Assembly (NCBI GenBank): GCA_965223665.1
Contig: OZ245011.1
Coordinates: 2,208,001 to 2,272,000 of the forward strand
DNA length: 64,000 bases
From: Nitrospinaceae bacterium
GTDB taxonomy: Bacteria; Nitrospinota; Nitrospinia; Nitrospinales; Nitrospinaceae
Direction: 5' to 3'
A model generated the notes under the pieces. That model ran no database searches. It was not told the DNA's origin and saw only the letters and a program-made list of their open reading frames with translations. The position numbers were made by a program, and so were the translations under genes. Each line of letters opens with the position of its first letter. Within the stretch, counting starts at the first letter, position 1. This document shows positions 10,361 to 22,114 of the stretch, piece by piece.

Positions 10361-11713
10361 TTAAAATGCCAGCTTGATCTCTTCGCGGGACTTCTCTTCC
10401 CATAACCGGATCTGGCCGGACGTTCTCTCGCAAAATATATTTTCTTTTCCCACGCGTTTATAAACAAAATCCAAAATCGGTTCCTGGACTGATAAAGGAA
10501 GGTCCGCAATGAGTTTGTATTGAAAAGGTTTCACCTGGCCATAGTCACCCATGTAACCACGGGTGTTGGGAACAGGTGAGCCGGAGGCTTTACGACTCTT
10601 CCTTTTGGCAAAACTTCCCAGCGCCTGTTTGATTTTATGGTTGAATCCCTTTTTGCGACCCCACACTTTCGCACGCAAATAAGTGGAATCCCATTTCATG
10701 ACACATCGGTTTTTGAAAGACGGGTTGGGTATAAACAAATAACGTGAGCTCTCTTTCTTGCCCTGCGCCCAGGCCTTTTTGTCAATAGTCTCTCCTTTAG
10801 AAAAATCATAAATTTGAATTCCCATTTCCCGACACGGGTCAAACGAAAGGCTCCGGTTCAATTGCCCTAACCGAAACGGCGCAAACGCAGGATGAAACGC
10901 AATGATGTATTCGAAAAAGGTGGTCCCAATTCGAAATCCCAAAGTGAACATTAAATGCTCTCCGTCCAGGCTGGAGATGAAACCAAGAATATGGGATTGC
11001 TTCGCATGTTGAATCAAATCGGTGAGGAACTGTTTATTTTCCTCTTCACACCAGGCATTGCCCGTTCCCAAATGACGTTGTTCATGCAAGGCAAAGAGAT
11101 CCTTGATCAACCGCAAGGCTTCTTCCCGGTCTTCATCAAAATCGACAATCGTAAATTCAAACCGGCCCATTTTTTTTAATTTTTTGTGGTTGCCTCGAAG
11201 CCGCGACAAAAAACGTTTTTGCGAGGAAGAACGTTTTTGTTTTTGTTCCACGGTCAAATCTCTATAGGGATAGAAATAGAGCGGAATTTTTTCAAAATGA
11301 GGAAACAACGACGAGTCTGCAAAAACTTTGCTTAATGGATTCGACTCGGAAATATCGTTGAACGAAAAGATGGCATCGGGGAATTCCTTGAGAACTTCAT
11401 CCACCACTGCCTGAAGCATCGGGCCATCCACCGGACCCACAAATCCTAAATAATCGGACAATCCGTCACCCAGAAGTTGGACCTGCGGAACTCCTCCCAC
11501 CCGGGGCTGAATGGTTAAAGGTGCCAGAGTGGTGATCTTTTGGTCTTGATAAACTCCGACCAGAAAAAGCTGCTTGCCCGAAGACTTACCAAAATGGTTC
11601 CAATATTTCCAAAGCCAGTCAAAGGTCGAGAACGGAACACGATTGTGATTTTCCAAAAAAGGTCGTCCCTCCCCTTCGCAACTCTCGAAAGATTTCCAAA
11701 CTCGAATTTCCAA
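10361..11713 (-). CDS. GNAT family N-acetyltransferase (CelD/BcsL-like)
   Basis: PFSTFDW..YW, SDYLG, YDFSKGE..DK..W motifs. Confidence 0.8.
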   Translation of the reverse strand: MEIRVWKSFESCEGEGRPFLENHNRVPFSTFDWLWKYWNHFGKSSGKQLFLVGVYQDQKITTLAPLTIQPRVGGVPQVQLLGDGLSDYLGFVGPVDGPMLQAVVDEVLKEFPDAIFSFNDISESNPLSKVFADSSLFPHFEKIPLYFYPYRDLTVEQKQKRSSSQKRFLSRLRGNHKKLKKMGRFEFTIVDFDEDREEALRLIKDLFALHEQRHLGTGNAWCEEENKQFLTDLIQHAKQSHILGFISSLDGEHLMFTLGFRIGTTFFEYIIAFHPAFAPFRLGQLNRSLSFDPCREMGIQIYDFSKGETIDKKAWAQGKKESSRYLFIPNPSFKNRCVMKWDSTYLRAKVWGRKKGFNHKIKQALGSFAKRKSRKASGSPVPNTRGYMGDYGQVKPFQYKLIADLPLSVQEPILDFVYKRVGKENIFCERTSGQIRLWEEKSREEIKLAF

Positions 11714-12212
11714 TCTCTTTCCTTATATATAGAACGTTTAATTCCCAGGAGTTTTTCCATCCACCCCTGGCAAAAAGTCCGATATTTGAACTGGATTTTC
11801 TATAATGAAAAGGGTACCCTTTATGGACTATATCTCAATTGACCTCATTTCGTCCAATGAATAAACGACCTCAAATTGAATTTTTCTCCTCCGCAGGAAA
11901 TCTCAATTCAAAAGGAGATCATTTGAGGATATTGAATTTTGATTTATTTCAATTTTTTAAAATTTTTTTCTTTGAAAATCCAGAAGGTTGCAACTACTCT
12001 TAAGGTAATGAATTGGCTCCCATTTAACCTGTTTTGCCAGTATCGGATAAGTTATATTGCTGATAAATTTGTTTTTACGCCTTAGGAAATACTTCGAACG
12101 GTTTTGAAATTCGCTCCAAATTAAACTGACTATGTATTGATTCCCGGCTGTCCGGGCTTAACATTTTTCACTTCAATCTCTTTAAACATCTCGGTGTTTT
12201 AAATTAAAAACA

Positions 12213-14195
12213 ATGAGTTTTCACAGTTGGTCACTGAAGACTTTTCTTGTCGTCAGTGTATTTTTTATATTTTCAACAAAAAGTTTTGCAGAGCCCCATC
12301 CTCCTGTCACTGCTGACGAGGATGAAGAACTCGAACATCTGTTGAGTTTGGATCTGGAAAACCTCAAAGTCTTTGCGGCTTCCAAACGTGAAGAAAAACT
12401 GACTCAGGCTCCGGGAATTATCACGGTGATCACTCAAGATCAAATTCGCAAATTCGGTGCGCTGAGTTTGCGCGATATCTTGAATCGTCAAACCAGTATT
12501 CAGATTACGGGAAATCATTTTCAACAAAGAGCGCGCACCAGTTTACGCGGTGTCGGCAATGAACACCATGATCGCAAAGTCTTGTTGCTCCTCAATGGCC
12601 GACCCATGCGCGAAGCAGGTACCACCGGCATCAATATAGATATCTACGCAGGATTCCCTGTCAATGCAATTGAGCGCATCGAAATCATTCGTGGACCAGG
12701 CTCTGTTTTATATGGAACCAACGCGGTATCCGGCGTCATCAATATTGTTACGAAATCTCCAGACGAAGAATCCGAGTTCTCCGGTGCTGTCACCTACGGC
12801 TCGTATCACCGCCGACAATTGACTCTGAACGGGGGCGGAAAAATAGGGGAGTTGGAAATGTACGGCAGCGCCAATCTATTAAACAGCGGCAACGTCAAAG
12901 TCAAAGGAATTCGTGATCAAACCTTGACCACCGGGGACTGGCCCATGGGGGAAGAAACGTTTCAAGGAGTCCTCACCGCCAAATGGAAAAACTTAAAACT
13001 GAATGCTTATGCCAATCGACATGTCTTCTCCAGCCTTCCTCTTGCCGCAGTCACCTTTCCTCCGCAGGATAATATTACGGAACGCTACTTTTTTGATGTT
13101 GGCTACACCCACTTTTTTAACAGCAAGTGGCAAGCGTCGATCAACACCCTCTACCACCAACATAAAATCGAACGCTACTTATTGTTTAACACGGTTCCTT
13201 ACAACCAGGTGGCTCGCAACCTATTAACTGAACTGAGTGTCCGCGGCCAAATAATGAAAAACCTGGACGTACTGTTCGGTGGATTTTATGACCACCAAAA
13301 CGGGGACCTGGAAATCGAACCGGGGGCACTAACCGACTTTTGGGACATCACCAATCATAATTTGTATGGTCAATTGGAATACCAGGTGGCCGAATGGGTT
13401 CGCTTCATCGGCGGACTCCAGTGGAACCAGCGCAAAGATGGGCCCAGTCGGATTTCTCCACGGGCGGACTTGATCTTTTTCATCGATAAATTCTGGCACG
13501 CCAAGTTGTCTTATGGCGAAGCGTTTCGGTCGCCGGTGGCGGAAGAATTTCAAAGAGTCGTCCCTCCTCTGGGCAATCCAAATCTCTCGCCCGAAACGAT
13601 TAAAACTCTCGCCGCGCAAATTTCATTCAATCACGTAAAAGGGAACGTTGCGCTAACTTTTTATTACAGTTGGCAAAAAAATATTATCGGAGGAACTGCC
13701 GTTTACAACAACAGTGGCAACATTCGTTACCATGGTGTGGAACTGGAGGGCAAATACCTGGTGACACCTCGGCTTACTCTCATCGGCAACGCCACTTATC
13801 AGAACAACCGCGATCAAACCGGGAATTATCAGACCACCCTCGCTCCTTCATGGATGGTGAAAACTGGAGCGACGTATTCCTTTCCCATCGGAATCATCCT
13901 CAGTGTATTCAACAATTACTTTGGCGCGCCTCCGCGAAACAATGAATTCGTCGCCGGAGTGATCAACGCCAATCCGCCACCGGATTCGTATTCGCTTCTC
14001 ACAGCTAATGTGATTTTCGAACTCGGTAAACTCACTCATCAATCCTGTCTGGATGGCGTGAGCTTGTCCATCTACGGAGACAACCTGCTCGACGAAGATG
14101 TCTTCTTCCCCAACATCAATCCGCAAACCTTCAATAGCATTCCCTTTCACCAGGGCCGAGGCGTCTTCGCCACTCTCCGCTTCGAAACCAACTAG
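12213..14195 (+). CDS. TonB-dependent receptor
   Basis: Signal peptide, AP..ITVIT...I, IERIEIIRGPGSVLYG.NA.SGVINIVT plug motif, GNPNL.PE. Confidence 0.92.
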   Translation: MSFHSWSLKTFLVVSVFFIFSTKSFAEPHPPVTADEDEELEHLLSLDLENLKVFAASKREEKLTQAPGIITVITQDQIRKFGALSLRDILNRQTSIQITGNHFQQRARTSLRGVGNEHHDRKVLLLLNGRPMREAGTTGINIDIYAGFPVNAIERIEIIRGPGSVLYGTNAVSGVINIVTKSPDEESEFSGAVTYGSYHRRQLTLNGGGKIGELEMYGSANLLNSGNVKVKGIRDQTLTTGDWPMGEETFQGVLTAKWKNLKLNAYANRHVFSSLPLAAVTFPPQDNITERYFFDVGYTHFFNSKWQASINTLYHQHKIERYLLFNTVPYNQVARNLLTELSVRGQIMKNLDVLFGGFYDHQNGDLEIEPGALTDFWDITNHNLYGQLEYQVAEWVRFIGGLQWNQRKDGPSRISPRADLIFFIDKFWHAKLSYGEAFRSPVAEEFQRVVPPLGNPNLSPETIKTLAAQISFNHVKGNVALTFYYSWQKNIIGGTAVYNNSGNIRYHGVELEGKYLVTPRLTLIGNATYQNNRDQTGNYQTTLAPSWMVKTGATYSFPIGIILSVFNNYFGAPPRNNEFVAGVINANPPPDSYSLLTANVIFELGKLTHQSCLDGVSLSIYGDNLLDEDVFFPNINPQTFNSIPFHQGRGVFATLRFETN

Positions 14196-14436
14196 CAGGC
14201 TAGCGCCTGCAGGCAGCATTTCATCTTCGATGTGTTTTCTTACAAACCGTATTGTCAGAATCTTTTCGAATATTCCTTTTGCATCCAATTGCAAATTGGC
14301 GGGGAAGGCCCCGCAACCAGAATTTCATCTACGATGTGATTCCCTGCAAACTGAATCGTCAGAATCTTTGCGATAATTCTATTTCACTCAATCCTAAAAA
14401 CTAAACTCCGCTAAAGGGGGGCATTTATTTTCGATG

Positions 14437-14805
14437 GCAGCGGGCCAGCGCCCGCGAGCAACTTTAATCCTCGATAGGTTTGCATGAATTTTTAATCCTC
14501 AGACCTTCTCATAAATTTTACATACCTTTAGAACCAAACTAGAAAATGGGAGTCGATGATCGCCCTCTTTCCTAAAGAGGGCTGGGGTGATTGACCACTT
14601 GGGTTTTTACTTGTTTCTATATATAGACTTTCTTTAGAAAATTTTGCTGAAGGAAAGATCCATGCGTCCCCCTCTTTTCCAATCTAACGATTGGAGGCAG
14701 CAGAGATTTTCGTATAGTTTCTGGAGATACCTTAATGGCAAACATTTCTGAGAATGAATTTTACTTGCAGGCGTTGCCTGCGGGCTGGGGTGATTCACCT
14801 TCAGG
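14437..14805. repeat. Composite REP-like intergenic repeat cluster
   Basis: GCAGCGGGCCAGCGCCCGC at 14437, CCCTCTTTCCTAAAGAGGG at 14563, long form 14670-14805 similar to 26968-27105. Confidence 0.75.
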
Positions 14806-15081
14806 AAGCACTCGCTGTGACAAAGTTGAATATCTTCATTCGATTTTGCTCTAAACGAATAGATTTGCTTGCCGTATTTCTACTACATAAATTTCGTAAT
14901 TCGAACGATTTTATATTCTTTTAATTTAACTATACTTTGTGGGTAATTCTGAAAACATTAAGGATCCTTTTAAGGAAGACTTAATTTCAACCCAGACAGA
15001 AATATGAAAACTTTTTCCTGCTCAGGATTCAATAATTTTCATTTAAATGTAACTGATAAATTTTTATTAAAAGGAAACGTC

Positions 15082-15594
15082 ATGAACAAAACATTAAAAG
15101 TCAATGCAGCATTATTTGTGGCAATAGCCATGTTTTTATTTTTCGTGAGTGGGCTGAATGCTTTTGAGTCCTCGGATCAGCCAAAAACAATGGAAGAAGT
15201 AAAAAGGGAATTTGGTCCCGTATTAAAACTCAAGGGAGTGGCAAAGAAAGAAATCAACGCAATAGCAAAATTAATTTCTCCGGGTTCGAAGCTGGTTGCA
15301 ATCGATGCCACCAGTGCCAGTGGTGAATATTGCATGCTGGAAACCGTCACCAAACATAACATGACTCATTTCTCAAGTAATCCTGAAAAAACTCATGAGG
15401 ATGTAGTGTACTACATTAACCCGGCTACATTTATTGCAAACGGTTTAGACGTAAGCAAACTTCCCAAACAACCGAAAGAACTCGGGAAAATGAAACCACT
15501 GCAGTGGTACTACTACGATGGAACCTACGTGGAACCACATCAGGGAACAAGAATGAATAAAGAGTATGTAATCATGGCGGTAGATGTCATTTAA
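15082..15594 (+). CDS. Exported hypothetical protein
   Basis: AAGGA RBS before MNKTLKV; signal-peptide-like N-terminus. Confidence 0.75.
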   Translation: MNKTLKVNAALFVAIAMFLFFVSGLNAFESSDQPKTMEEVKREFGPVLKLKGVAKKEINAIAKLISPGSKLVAIDATSASGEYCMLETVTKHNMTHFSSNPEKTHEDVVYYINPATFIANGLDVSKLPKQPKELGKMKPLQWYYYDGTYVEPHQGTRMNKEYVIMAVDVI

Positions 15595-15601
15595 CTATTA
15601 T

Positions 15602-15641
15602 CGAAGACACCCCTGGTTTTCGAAACCACACGGTGTCTTCG
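15602..15641. terminator. Hairpin between convergent genes
   Basis: CGAAGACACC...GGTGTCTTCG inverted repeat just after the stop at 15594. Confidence 0.55.
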
Positions 15642-15788
15642 GTTGAATATCTTGAGGGAAGGGAAGTTGGGACTTTAGAGAAAATCACTAAGAAGGAGGA
15701 TGGACAGGGGGGATTTGCCCCAAAACTTCTCAACAAAATTCTCTAAAGCCCTTTTTAGATTTTATTCAAAACTAATATTTCAATCTAT

Positions 15789-18716
15789 TCATTTAGATTT
15801 CGTTTGGTTAACAATACTTTGCAATTCATTAGAAAGCTTGGATAACTCCATTGCCGCATTGAGAGAATCATTCGCTCCCTGAGTGGTGCTTTGTGCCGCG
15901 CTGGCCACTCCCGTAATGTTCTCATTGATTTCGGCGCTTCCCTGATTGGCATCGGATGCGCTTCTTCCAATTTCAGATGTGGTGGCCGTTTGTTCTTCCA
16001 CTGCACTGGCAATGGTTGAGGAAATATCATTAATCTGATTAATCACCTGAGTGATTTCCTGAATGGCCACCACCGACCCTTGCGTGTCTTCTTGAATCGC
16101 CCTTATTTTGTCACTTATTTCTTCCGTGGCTTTAGCCGTTTGATTCGCCAGTTCTTTCACCTCATTGGCCACCACTGCAAACCCTTTGCCGGCTTCACCG
16201 GCGCGAGCTGCTTCAATGGTTGCATTGAGCGCCAGCAGATTGGTTTGCTCTGCTATGGAGGTGATCACTTTTATGACCTGACCAATCTCATCTGAGCTTT
16301 CACCCAACCGGGAAATCGTTGAATTGGTTTTTTCAGCAAGTTGTACCGCCGTGCTGGTGATCTGTGCCGCTTCATTCGAGTTTTTGGCAATTTCTTTAAT
16401 GCTCGCACTCATTTCATCTGCCCCACTCGCCACGGCTTGAATATTTTTACCTACATTTTCACAAACAGAGGAGACGACATTTGCTTGAGCAGAAGTTTCT
16501 TCGGCATTCGTTGTCATTTGCTGACTGGTCGCCGTTAACTCCTCCGCCGATCCGGCTAAAGTTTGAGCCGTTTCGGCTACACGCGCCATCACTTCCTTTT
16601 CTCTTTCTTCCATGGCTTTTTTCTCGGTTACCACTTCCCAGGAAACCATGGGTCCCTCGTATTCGCCCTCATTATTGTAAACCGCCGAAATTGTCAGATC
16701 GAAAACTTCGGGACCGACCTGGACAACAGCCCTATGCGGCAGGTTGCTGGGGTCGGCAAGAATCTTACGTTGATATTCCGGATTTTTATGGAACACATCA
16801 ATCGGTTTCCCCACTAAATCGGACACGTCCACTGAAAAATATTTCTGCAGACTGGTTAAAAGTTTTTTCGTAGCTGGGTTTATATATTTAATGTTCAGAT
16901 CCTTGTCCGCCAACATTAAATTAATTGGAGCATTGTCCACCAAAGAAGAGACAGACTGAATTTTTTCCTGGTAAGCCAGTTTTTCAGTAACAATATCCCA
17001 GGTCAGCATGTTCCCTATATGCTTCCCGTGTTTATCATGAATATCCGCAACCAACAGGTCCAAAGATTCGGGACCTACTTTGATAATGGTTTGAATGGGG
17101 AAATTTCTCGCATCCGACAGCAGGCTGCGTTGATGCGATGGATTTTTATGAAATATATCAATGCTCTGACCCACAATATTTTTTGGATCTATTGGAAGAT
17201 GTTCTTTAATTTTGTCCAGAGTTTTTATCGATGCAGGATTCGCATACGTAATATTAAAATCCATATCCGCATATAATACGTTGGATCGGGAACTTTCAAT
17301 AATCGCCAAAGACCGATAGGCCTCCCGTTCGGAGTTCTTTTTTTCATCAACGAATTTAATAAATTTATTCAATTCTTTTTTGAAGTCCCCTTCCAGTCCC
17401 AGCCCTTGAGAAGATCGCGTTTCACCTACTAATACTTTCTGTGAATGGGTCAAATAACTTTTGAAAGTTGCCAGAAGCTTTTCAAATGAATTTTTCAGGC
17501 TTCCATATTCATCTTCGGTTTTTATTTTTAATTCCTCAATGGCATCGATTTCTCCAAGGGAAAGTTTTTCTAATTCCCTTTTCAGTGAAACAATGGGTTT
17601 CGTAATCAAACCGGAACTCCAGAGACCAAAAATTGAAATCACTCCGGCAAAGACGGCAATCAACATAAATAACTGCGACTGAATGGAATTGATCGATTCA
17701 TTAACAACAGAATCCGGCGCCCGCACCAATACCGACCAATCCATTCCGGGGAATCCCAGGGCTCCGTTGAGATGGGCATACCCGGCGGCCTGCTCAATTT
17801 TTTTGCGAGCATGAAACGCATATTCAAATCCGGTTTGTTTTTTTTGAGCCGAATTGATCGCAGCGGTTACTCCTTTTTCAGCTAAATTAAATTTCATCAA
17901 AACATCCAGGTCATGACTGATGGAAGAATCATTGCCCTTGCCTGCACTCGGATCATAATCGATGATAATATTTCCTTTTCCATCCAATAAGGTGAGCTCG
18001 GTTTGCCCCAATCCCTTTTCTTTTAAATCTCCAAAAGCATCTATAAAAATTTCTTCCACCAGGGAAAACTTGGCGTAATTGTGCCAAACCGCCATCACGT
18101 CACCATTGGCATCATATACAGGCGCCGCAAACCCCAGGGTCAGTCCTTCATCGTTCTTGTAAACCTTTTTCACGTCCTGATCTATATGAAGAGGAACCAC
18201 CACGGTGCCGGTAAAACTTCCGCCTCCTCCCACATTTCCTTTCTGGCTGGTATAGAACCGTTCACGAATGACATCTTTAAACCACTGAGTATTTTTATAA
18301 TTTTTCCCATAGAAATCCGCAGTGGAAATAGAATTTCCATCCTGATCTTTGCTGTTAACGGAAATCACATTACCCTGCAGATCGACAAGAAGCGTCAGGT
18401 AATAAATGTCATAAGTATCGACATATTTATTCATTGCCGTCTCAATGGGGGACCCGGGCTGATGCCAGTATTCTTTTTTCTGGAGGACGGTGTTTAGGCC
18501 AAACGCCTGGACATCGCCATATCTTTCGAACAGGTTTCTATCGATTTTATCAGCAATGTTTTTTGCCATCCCTTGAAAGGACTCTGCATTGAGATCTTTG
18601 ATTTCTCTAAAGGCTACTTTATTAAGAACAAATACAGAAATTAAGGGAATTAATCCGGCTACCAGCAATAGACAAACTTGTTTCCATTTAATACTAAGTC
18701 GACTCCAGAAAGTCAT
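15789..18716 (-). CDS. Methyl-accepting chemotaxis protein (extracellular sensor, HAMP, 2 PAS, MA domain)
   Basis: [37 protein letters not shown]; two PAS repeats (G..ID.FHKNP..QR). Confidence 0.95.
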   Translation of the reverse strand: MTFWSRLSIKWKQVCLLLVAGLIPLISVFVLNKVAFREIKDLNAESFQGMAKNIADKIDRNLFERYGDVQAFGLNTVLQKKEYWHQPGSPIETAMNKYVDTYDIYYLTLLVDLQGNVISVNSKDQDGNSISTADFYGKNYKNTQWFKDVIRERFYTSQKGNVGGGGSFTGTVVVPLHIDQDVKKVYKNDEGLTLGFAAPVYDANGDVMAVWHNYAKFSLVEEIFIDAFGDLKEKGLGQTELTLLDGKGNIIIDYDPSAGKGNDSSISHDLDVLMKFNLAEKGVTAAINSAQKKQTGFEYAFHARKKIEQAAGYAHLNGALGFPGMDWSVLVRAPDSVVNESINSIQSQLFMLIAVFAGVISIFGLWSSGLITKPIVSLKRELEKLSLGEIDAIEELKIKTEDEYGSLKNSFEKLLATFKSYLTHSQKVLVGETRSSQGLGLEGDFKKELNKFIKFVDEKKNSEREAYRSLAIIESSRSNVLYADMDFNITYANPASIKTLDKIKEHLPIDPKNIVGQSIDIFHKNPSHQRSLLSDARNFPIQTIIKVGPESLDLLVADIHDKHGKHIGNMLTWDIVTEKLAYQEKIQSVSSLVDNAPINLMLADKDLNIKYINPATKKLLTSLQKYFSVDVSDLVGKPIDVFHKNPEYQRKILADPSNLPHRAVVQVGPEVFDLTISAVYNNEGEYEGPMVSWEVVTEKKAMEEREKEVMARVAETAQTLAGSAEELTATSQQMTTNAEETSAQANVVSSVCENVGKNIQAVASGADEMSASIKEIAKNSNEAAQITSTAVQLAEKTNSTISRLGESSDEIGQVIKVITSIAEQTNLLALNATIEAARAGEAGKGFAVVANEVKELANQTAKATEEISDKIRAIQEDTQGSVVAIQEITQVINQINDISSTIASAVEEQTATTSEIGRSASDANQGSAEINENITGVASAAQSTTQGANDSLNAAMELSKLSNELQSIVNQTKSK

Positions 18717-19290
18717 TAGTTTCCTCCATAAACCATTTTTGAAAATGAACGGCGCAAATTTTATTAATTAGATTTTTGAAATTGAATTTTTCGGTATGCG
18801 AAACAGAATAAAGGCAAGCCTTTGAATTTAAATGTTTAATTTAAACTCAAAACCAAAATTATGACTTTCTGATTTTTTTCATTGAAAAATGGGCAATTAG
18901 GTTCGCAGTAAACACAAACTCTGCATGTAGGAAAACACCTGCCCTGCTAGAAATCACCCCAATATGACTATAAGGATAAAACCAGATCGGATTTACCCCC
19001 GGCAGAAGACCTGAAAAACCGTCCTTTAAAGAAAGGGGATAAGAAATAATTTGTTAGTCTAAATTTTTTATCACAAAATTTTGCAAGGCCAAAAAAATTC
19101 CCCTGTTTAATGCCCTCCCTTTAATCATTAAAAATCATAATTGAGTGGGTTCTATATCTATAGATAATCTTCAGAAACAACTAACAGAAGTACAGACAAT
19201 ACGTTCCCCATTTTCCAACCTGGCAATTGGAAGCAACTCACCTATTCGAAAATCTTTGTGGATTCTGCATTCACACCAACTCATCGAAAA

Positions 19291-19321
19291 TAAAAGCTGC
19301 CCGCGGGCGCTGGCCCGCTGC
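19291..19321 (-). repeat. REP-like hairpin copy
   Basis: Reverse complement of GCAGCGGGCCAGCGCCCGCGGGCAGCTTTTA, matching 8670 and 14437. Confidence 0.75.
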
Positions 19322-19335
19322 GGGGATTTCCCTGC

Positions 19336-20187
19336 TTAAACGTTTCCGCTCTTTGAGCACTGCAGGCTTTTGCCCTGCCAGAAGGTTTTGACTTTTTCCA
19401 CCGAGTGCAGAGTTTTGCCGTCCAGGGGATCCCAGATCTCCGCCTGCCCTGCCTGCATCCCCATGAACGCCACGGCGTGAGTTTCCGGCCCGAGTTGGGC
19501 ATTGTCGATGAACAGCATTGCCGGTGCGGTCAATTGGGTGATGTCTGAATCCATCACCCACTTTTTGGAACAACTCACACCCACCTGGCCCAGTGCATGG
19601 ATGGCGCGGCCGGCGTTGGTGCCGGTCATTTTGGTGGTGCGCATTCTAAGGGCCATTTCCTTTTCTGTTTTTTCGATCCCTAACCAACCGGCAATGTTGG
19701 CTCCCGAAGCGGCGACACAGGTAGAAGGATGACTCTGCAATATGACTCCCTTGACCTTCAAATGGTTCAGCTCCGGAACCACCAAGTCCGAGTACTGCCA
19801 ATGGAGAATGGGAAAAATGGCGACCAGCATCACGGAAGCCATGGCGATGGCCCACTTCTCCTTATGCCCGGTTTTGAAGGCGACGCAGGAAACCAGCGTG
19901 TATAGAAAAGCAAAACACGCGATGACGATTCGGAAACCGGCGTCATTGGCGTAAAGATCGAACCAAATGGGAACCTGCCACCTCAGGGTTCGGTTGACCA
20001 TGGGGACGCCAACGATGGTGAACACCAGAAGAAGGATCGCAATGATGAAATAAATGTATCTGGCCTGGTGATGCAGCGTTTCCAGTTTTACGTTTTGGTG
20101 CTTCGAATGAAGCCGCTGGCCCGCCCGCAGACCCAGCACGCCAAAGATCAATACAATCGCAACATTAACGATCAGGTGAAGGTTCAT
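19336..20187 (-). CDS. Membrane protein with a C39-family cysteine peptidase domain
   Basis: 4 TM helices, then LQS..STCVAAS...HAVAF...IWDP. Confidence 0.8.
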   Translation of the reverse strand: MNLHLIVNVAIVLIFGVLGLRAGQRLHSKHQNVKLETLHHQARYIYFIIAILLLVFTIVGVPMVNRTLRWQVPIWFDLYANDAGFRIVIACFAFLYTLVSCVAFKTGHKEKWAIAMASVMLVAIFPILHWQYSDLVVPELNHLKVKGVILQSHPSTCVAASGANIAGWLGIEKTEKEMALRMRTTKMTGTNAGRAIHALGQVGVSCSKKWVMDSDITQLTAPAMLFIDNAQLGPETHAVAFMGMQAGQAEIWDPLDGKTLHSVEKVKTFWQGKSLQCSKSGNV

Positions 20188-20308
20188 CTATTTTATTTTT
20201 CCTTTCGCGTGTTAAGAGTCTGATTGGGATTCCCATCGGTATAGAGAGCTTTGCATAACCAAGGATTATTGAATAAACAGGTCTAATTAAAAACCGGAAA
20301 CCCATGGT

Positions 20309-20356
20309 CTCCCTCTTTCCTAAAGAGGGCCGGGGTGATTCACATTCAGGGGTTTT
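20309..20356 (+). repeat. Short REP-like element CCCTCTTTCCTAAAGAGGG-cGGGGTGATT
   Basis: Matches 14563, 25133 and reverse copy 44321-44369. Confidence 0.7.
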
Positions 20357-20742
20357 CTTATTTTGTAGTTACACAAAAGTCTCCCGGTTATAAGGGCCGC
20401 CCCTGAATCGGAATTTTAAAAACCAGGTTCCTTTTTATTCCTCGGGACATCCCCATTCAATTTTTGCTATGAATTCAGGTTAATTTAAGGATGGGATAAA
20501 AACAATACCAAAACCCGGCAGGCCTGTTTTTTCGGGTTTTGAAGTGCGTTCTATAACAATATCAAGGTCAATCATTAAAATAAATGCGGATACGAGAAGG
20601 ATTCATTGTTCATTTAAGTGAGATAGGAGAATTTTACCTTCAGAGATTTTACTTCGAATCCTCCACCCCACCCGGCCTGCGGTTTTGAACAAGGCCGGGC
20701 TTAGGTGAGGTTTTATTCCTTACAGTTTCGAAACACGTTTCG

Positions 20743-21933
20743 CTAATTAGGTTCCGACAGACTACCGGCGGCCCAGTTGTTGTCATTGGGTGCGGTGCGA
20801 CCAAACCCGCCGCTGACGCTGGACGAATCTCCATCGGCAATATTCTCGGCGCCGCCACTGACACTGGATTGCGAATCTCGGGCGCTGTTAAACAGACCGC
20901 CACTCACGCTGGCCCCTTCCCCGCTGGCAGTGTTGCGTCCACCGCCACTGACACTGGCGCTGTGACCGCTGGCAACGTTCGCCGCGCCTCCGCTAACCGT
21001 CGAATAAGGTCCGGAAATCTCGTTGACATCGCCGGCCACCAATCCGCCAAAGCTGGAGTAATTGTGACCATTGCCGATCACTACATTGTGCGAACCGGTC
21101 TTGTTGGAGGGACTGATTCTGGAGTCTTCATCGTATCCCACAATCAAATTACCCAGTCCATTGACTTGCGCACCGGCTGAGAAAGGGCTGTTGGGGTTTG
21201 CCGGGTCGCCATTGGTCGCGCCCAGACCATTTCGAATACGAACATTCATCCCATCAAAATTCAAATTGTTGCCGGTGCGGGTGATCCCCGCCAACAAAGC
21301 TTTAAGCCGAATGATTTCTGCGGTGAGTTCTTCATTCGTTAACGGTCTCGCAGTGAAGGTTACTCTCAAACCAGGTTCGCTAGGGCCAAACTCTCTGGAG
21401 ACCAACGAAATTCCATCGTTAGTTCCCGAAGTGCGAATCGCGAATCCATTATTAGGAATAGATCCATCCACCCACCCCTGCAACACGGCCAAACCGGCAC
21501 TGTTTAAATTTAATCTTAAATCACCCACAGATCCGGCCGGAATCACACCTAAGACATCCGTGTTTGTGGACAGATCGGTCCAATTCACTGTAGTCTCTGT
21601 CCACGGATTCAACTGCTGCAAAATATGGTACGGCTCCCCACTGGAATTGCGGACGAAAAAATATAATTCCGCCCCCGTGATTACAGAAAACGGAGGGATC
21701 GCAGAAACATCCCATTGCACCAGGCTGACCACTTCCCCAAAAGTTCCATTGGCCGGGTCCTGGCTCACACCATCGGCAATTAAAATATTTTCAGAACCAT
21801 AATTGGTGGAGGGCGAGGTTTCTCTCACATAACTATCCTGGATAACGGGGGCTATGTTTTCTGTTGCTAGCGAAGGGACACTCATAAAAATCAAAAAGAC
21901 TGGCAGAACAAAAATCTTGAATAAGCTTTTCAT
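20743..21933 (-). CDS. Secreted protein: DNRLRE/CBM96-like domain, coiled coil and SVSGG..N.A beta-roll repeats
   Basis: Signal peptide; DSYV.E..P.TNYG, W.E..V.W, NNGF; several 14-aa SVSGG repeats. Confidence 0.8.
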   Translation of the reverse strand: MKSLFKIFVLPVFLIFMSVPSLATENIAPVIQDSYVRETSPSTNYGSENILIADGVSQDPANGTFGEVVSLVQWDVSAIPPFSVITGAELYFFVRNSSGEPYHILQQLNPWTETTVNWTDLSTNTDVLGVIPAGSVGDLRLNLNSAGLAVLQGWVDGSIPNNGFAIRTSGTNDGISLVSREFGPSEPGLRVTFTARPLTNEELTAEIIRLKALLAGITRTGNNLNFDGMNVRIRNGLGATNGDPANPNSPFSAGAQVNGLGNLIVGYDEDSRISPSNKTGSHNVVIGNGHNYSSFGGLVAGDVNEISGPYSTVSGGAANVASGHSASVSGGGRNTASGEGASVSGGLFNSARDSQSSVSGGAENIADGDSSSVSGGFGRTAPNDNNWAAGSLSEPN

Positions 21934-22114
21934 TGTTTTTCCTCCTAACTGAAATTGGCGCGCGGGGTTTGAATTGCCCTATTTAGGCATAAAGAAAAGA
22001 AGCTGTCAAGAAAAGTATCGATTTAAGACAATTTAGGTGAAATCTCAAATTTTCTTCGTTAAACTATTAAGACAAAATAAATTATTTTCACTGAGTTGAT
22101 CTCGCTAGAAAATT

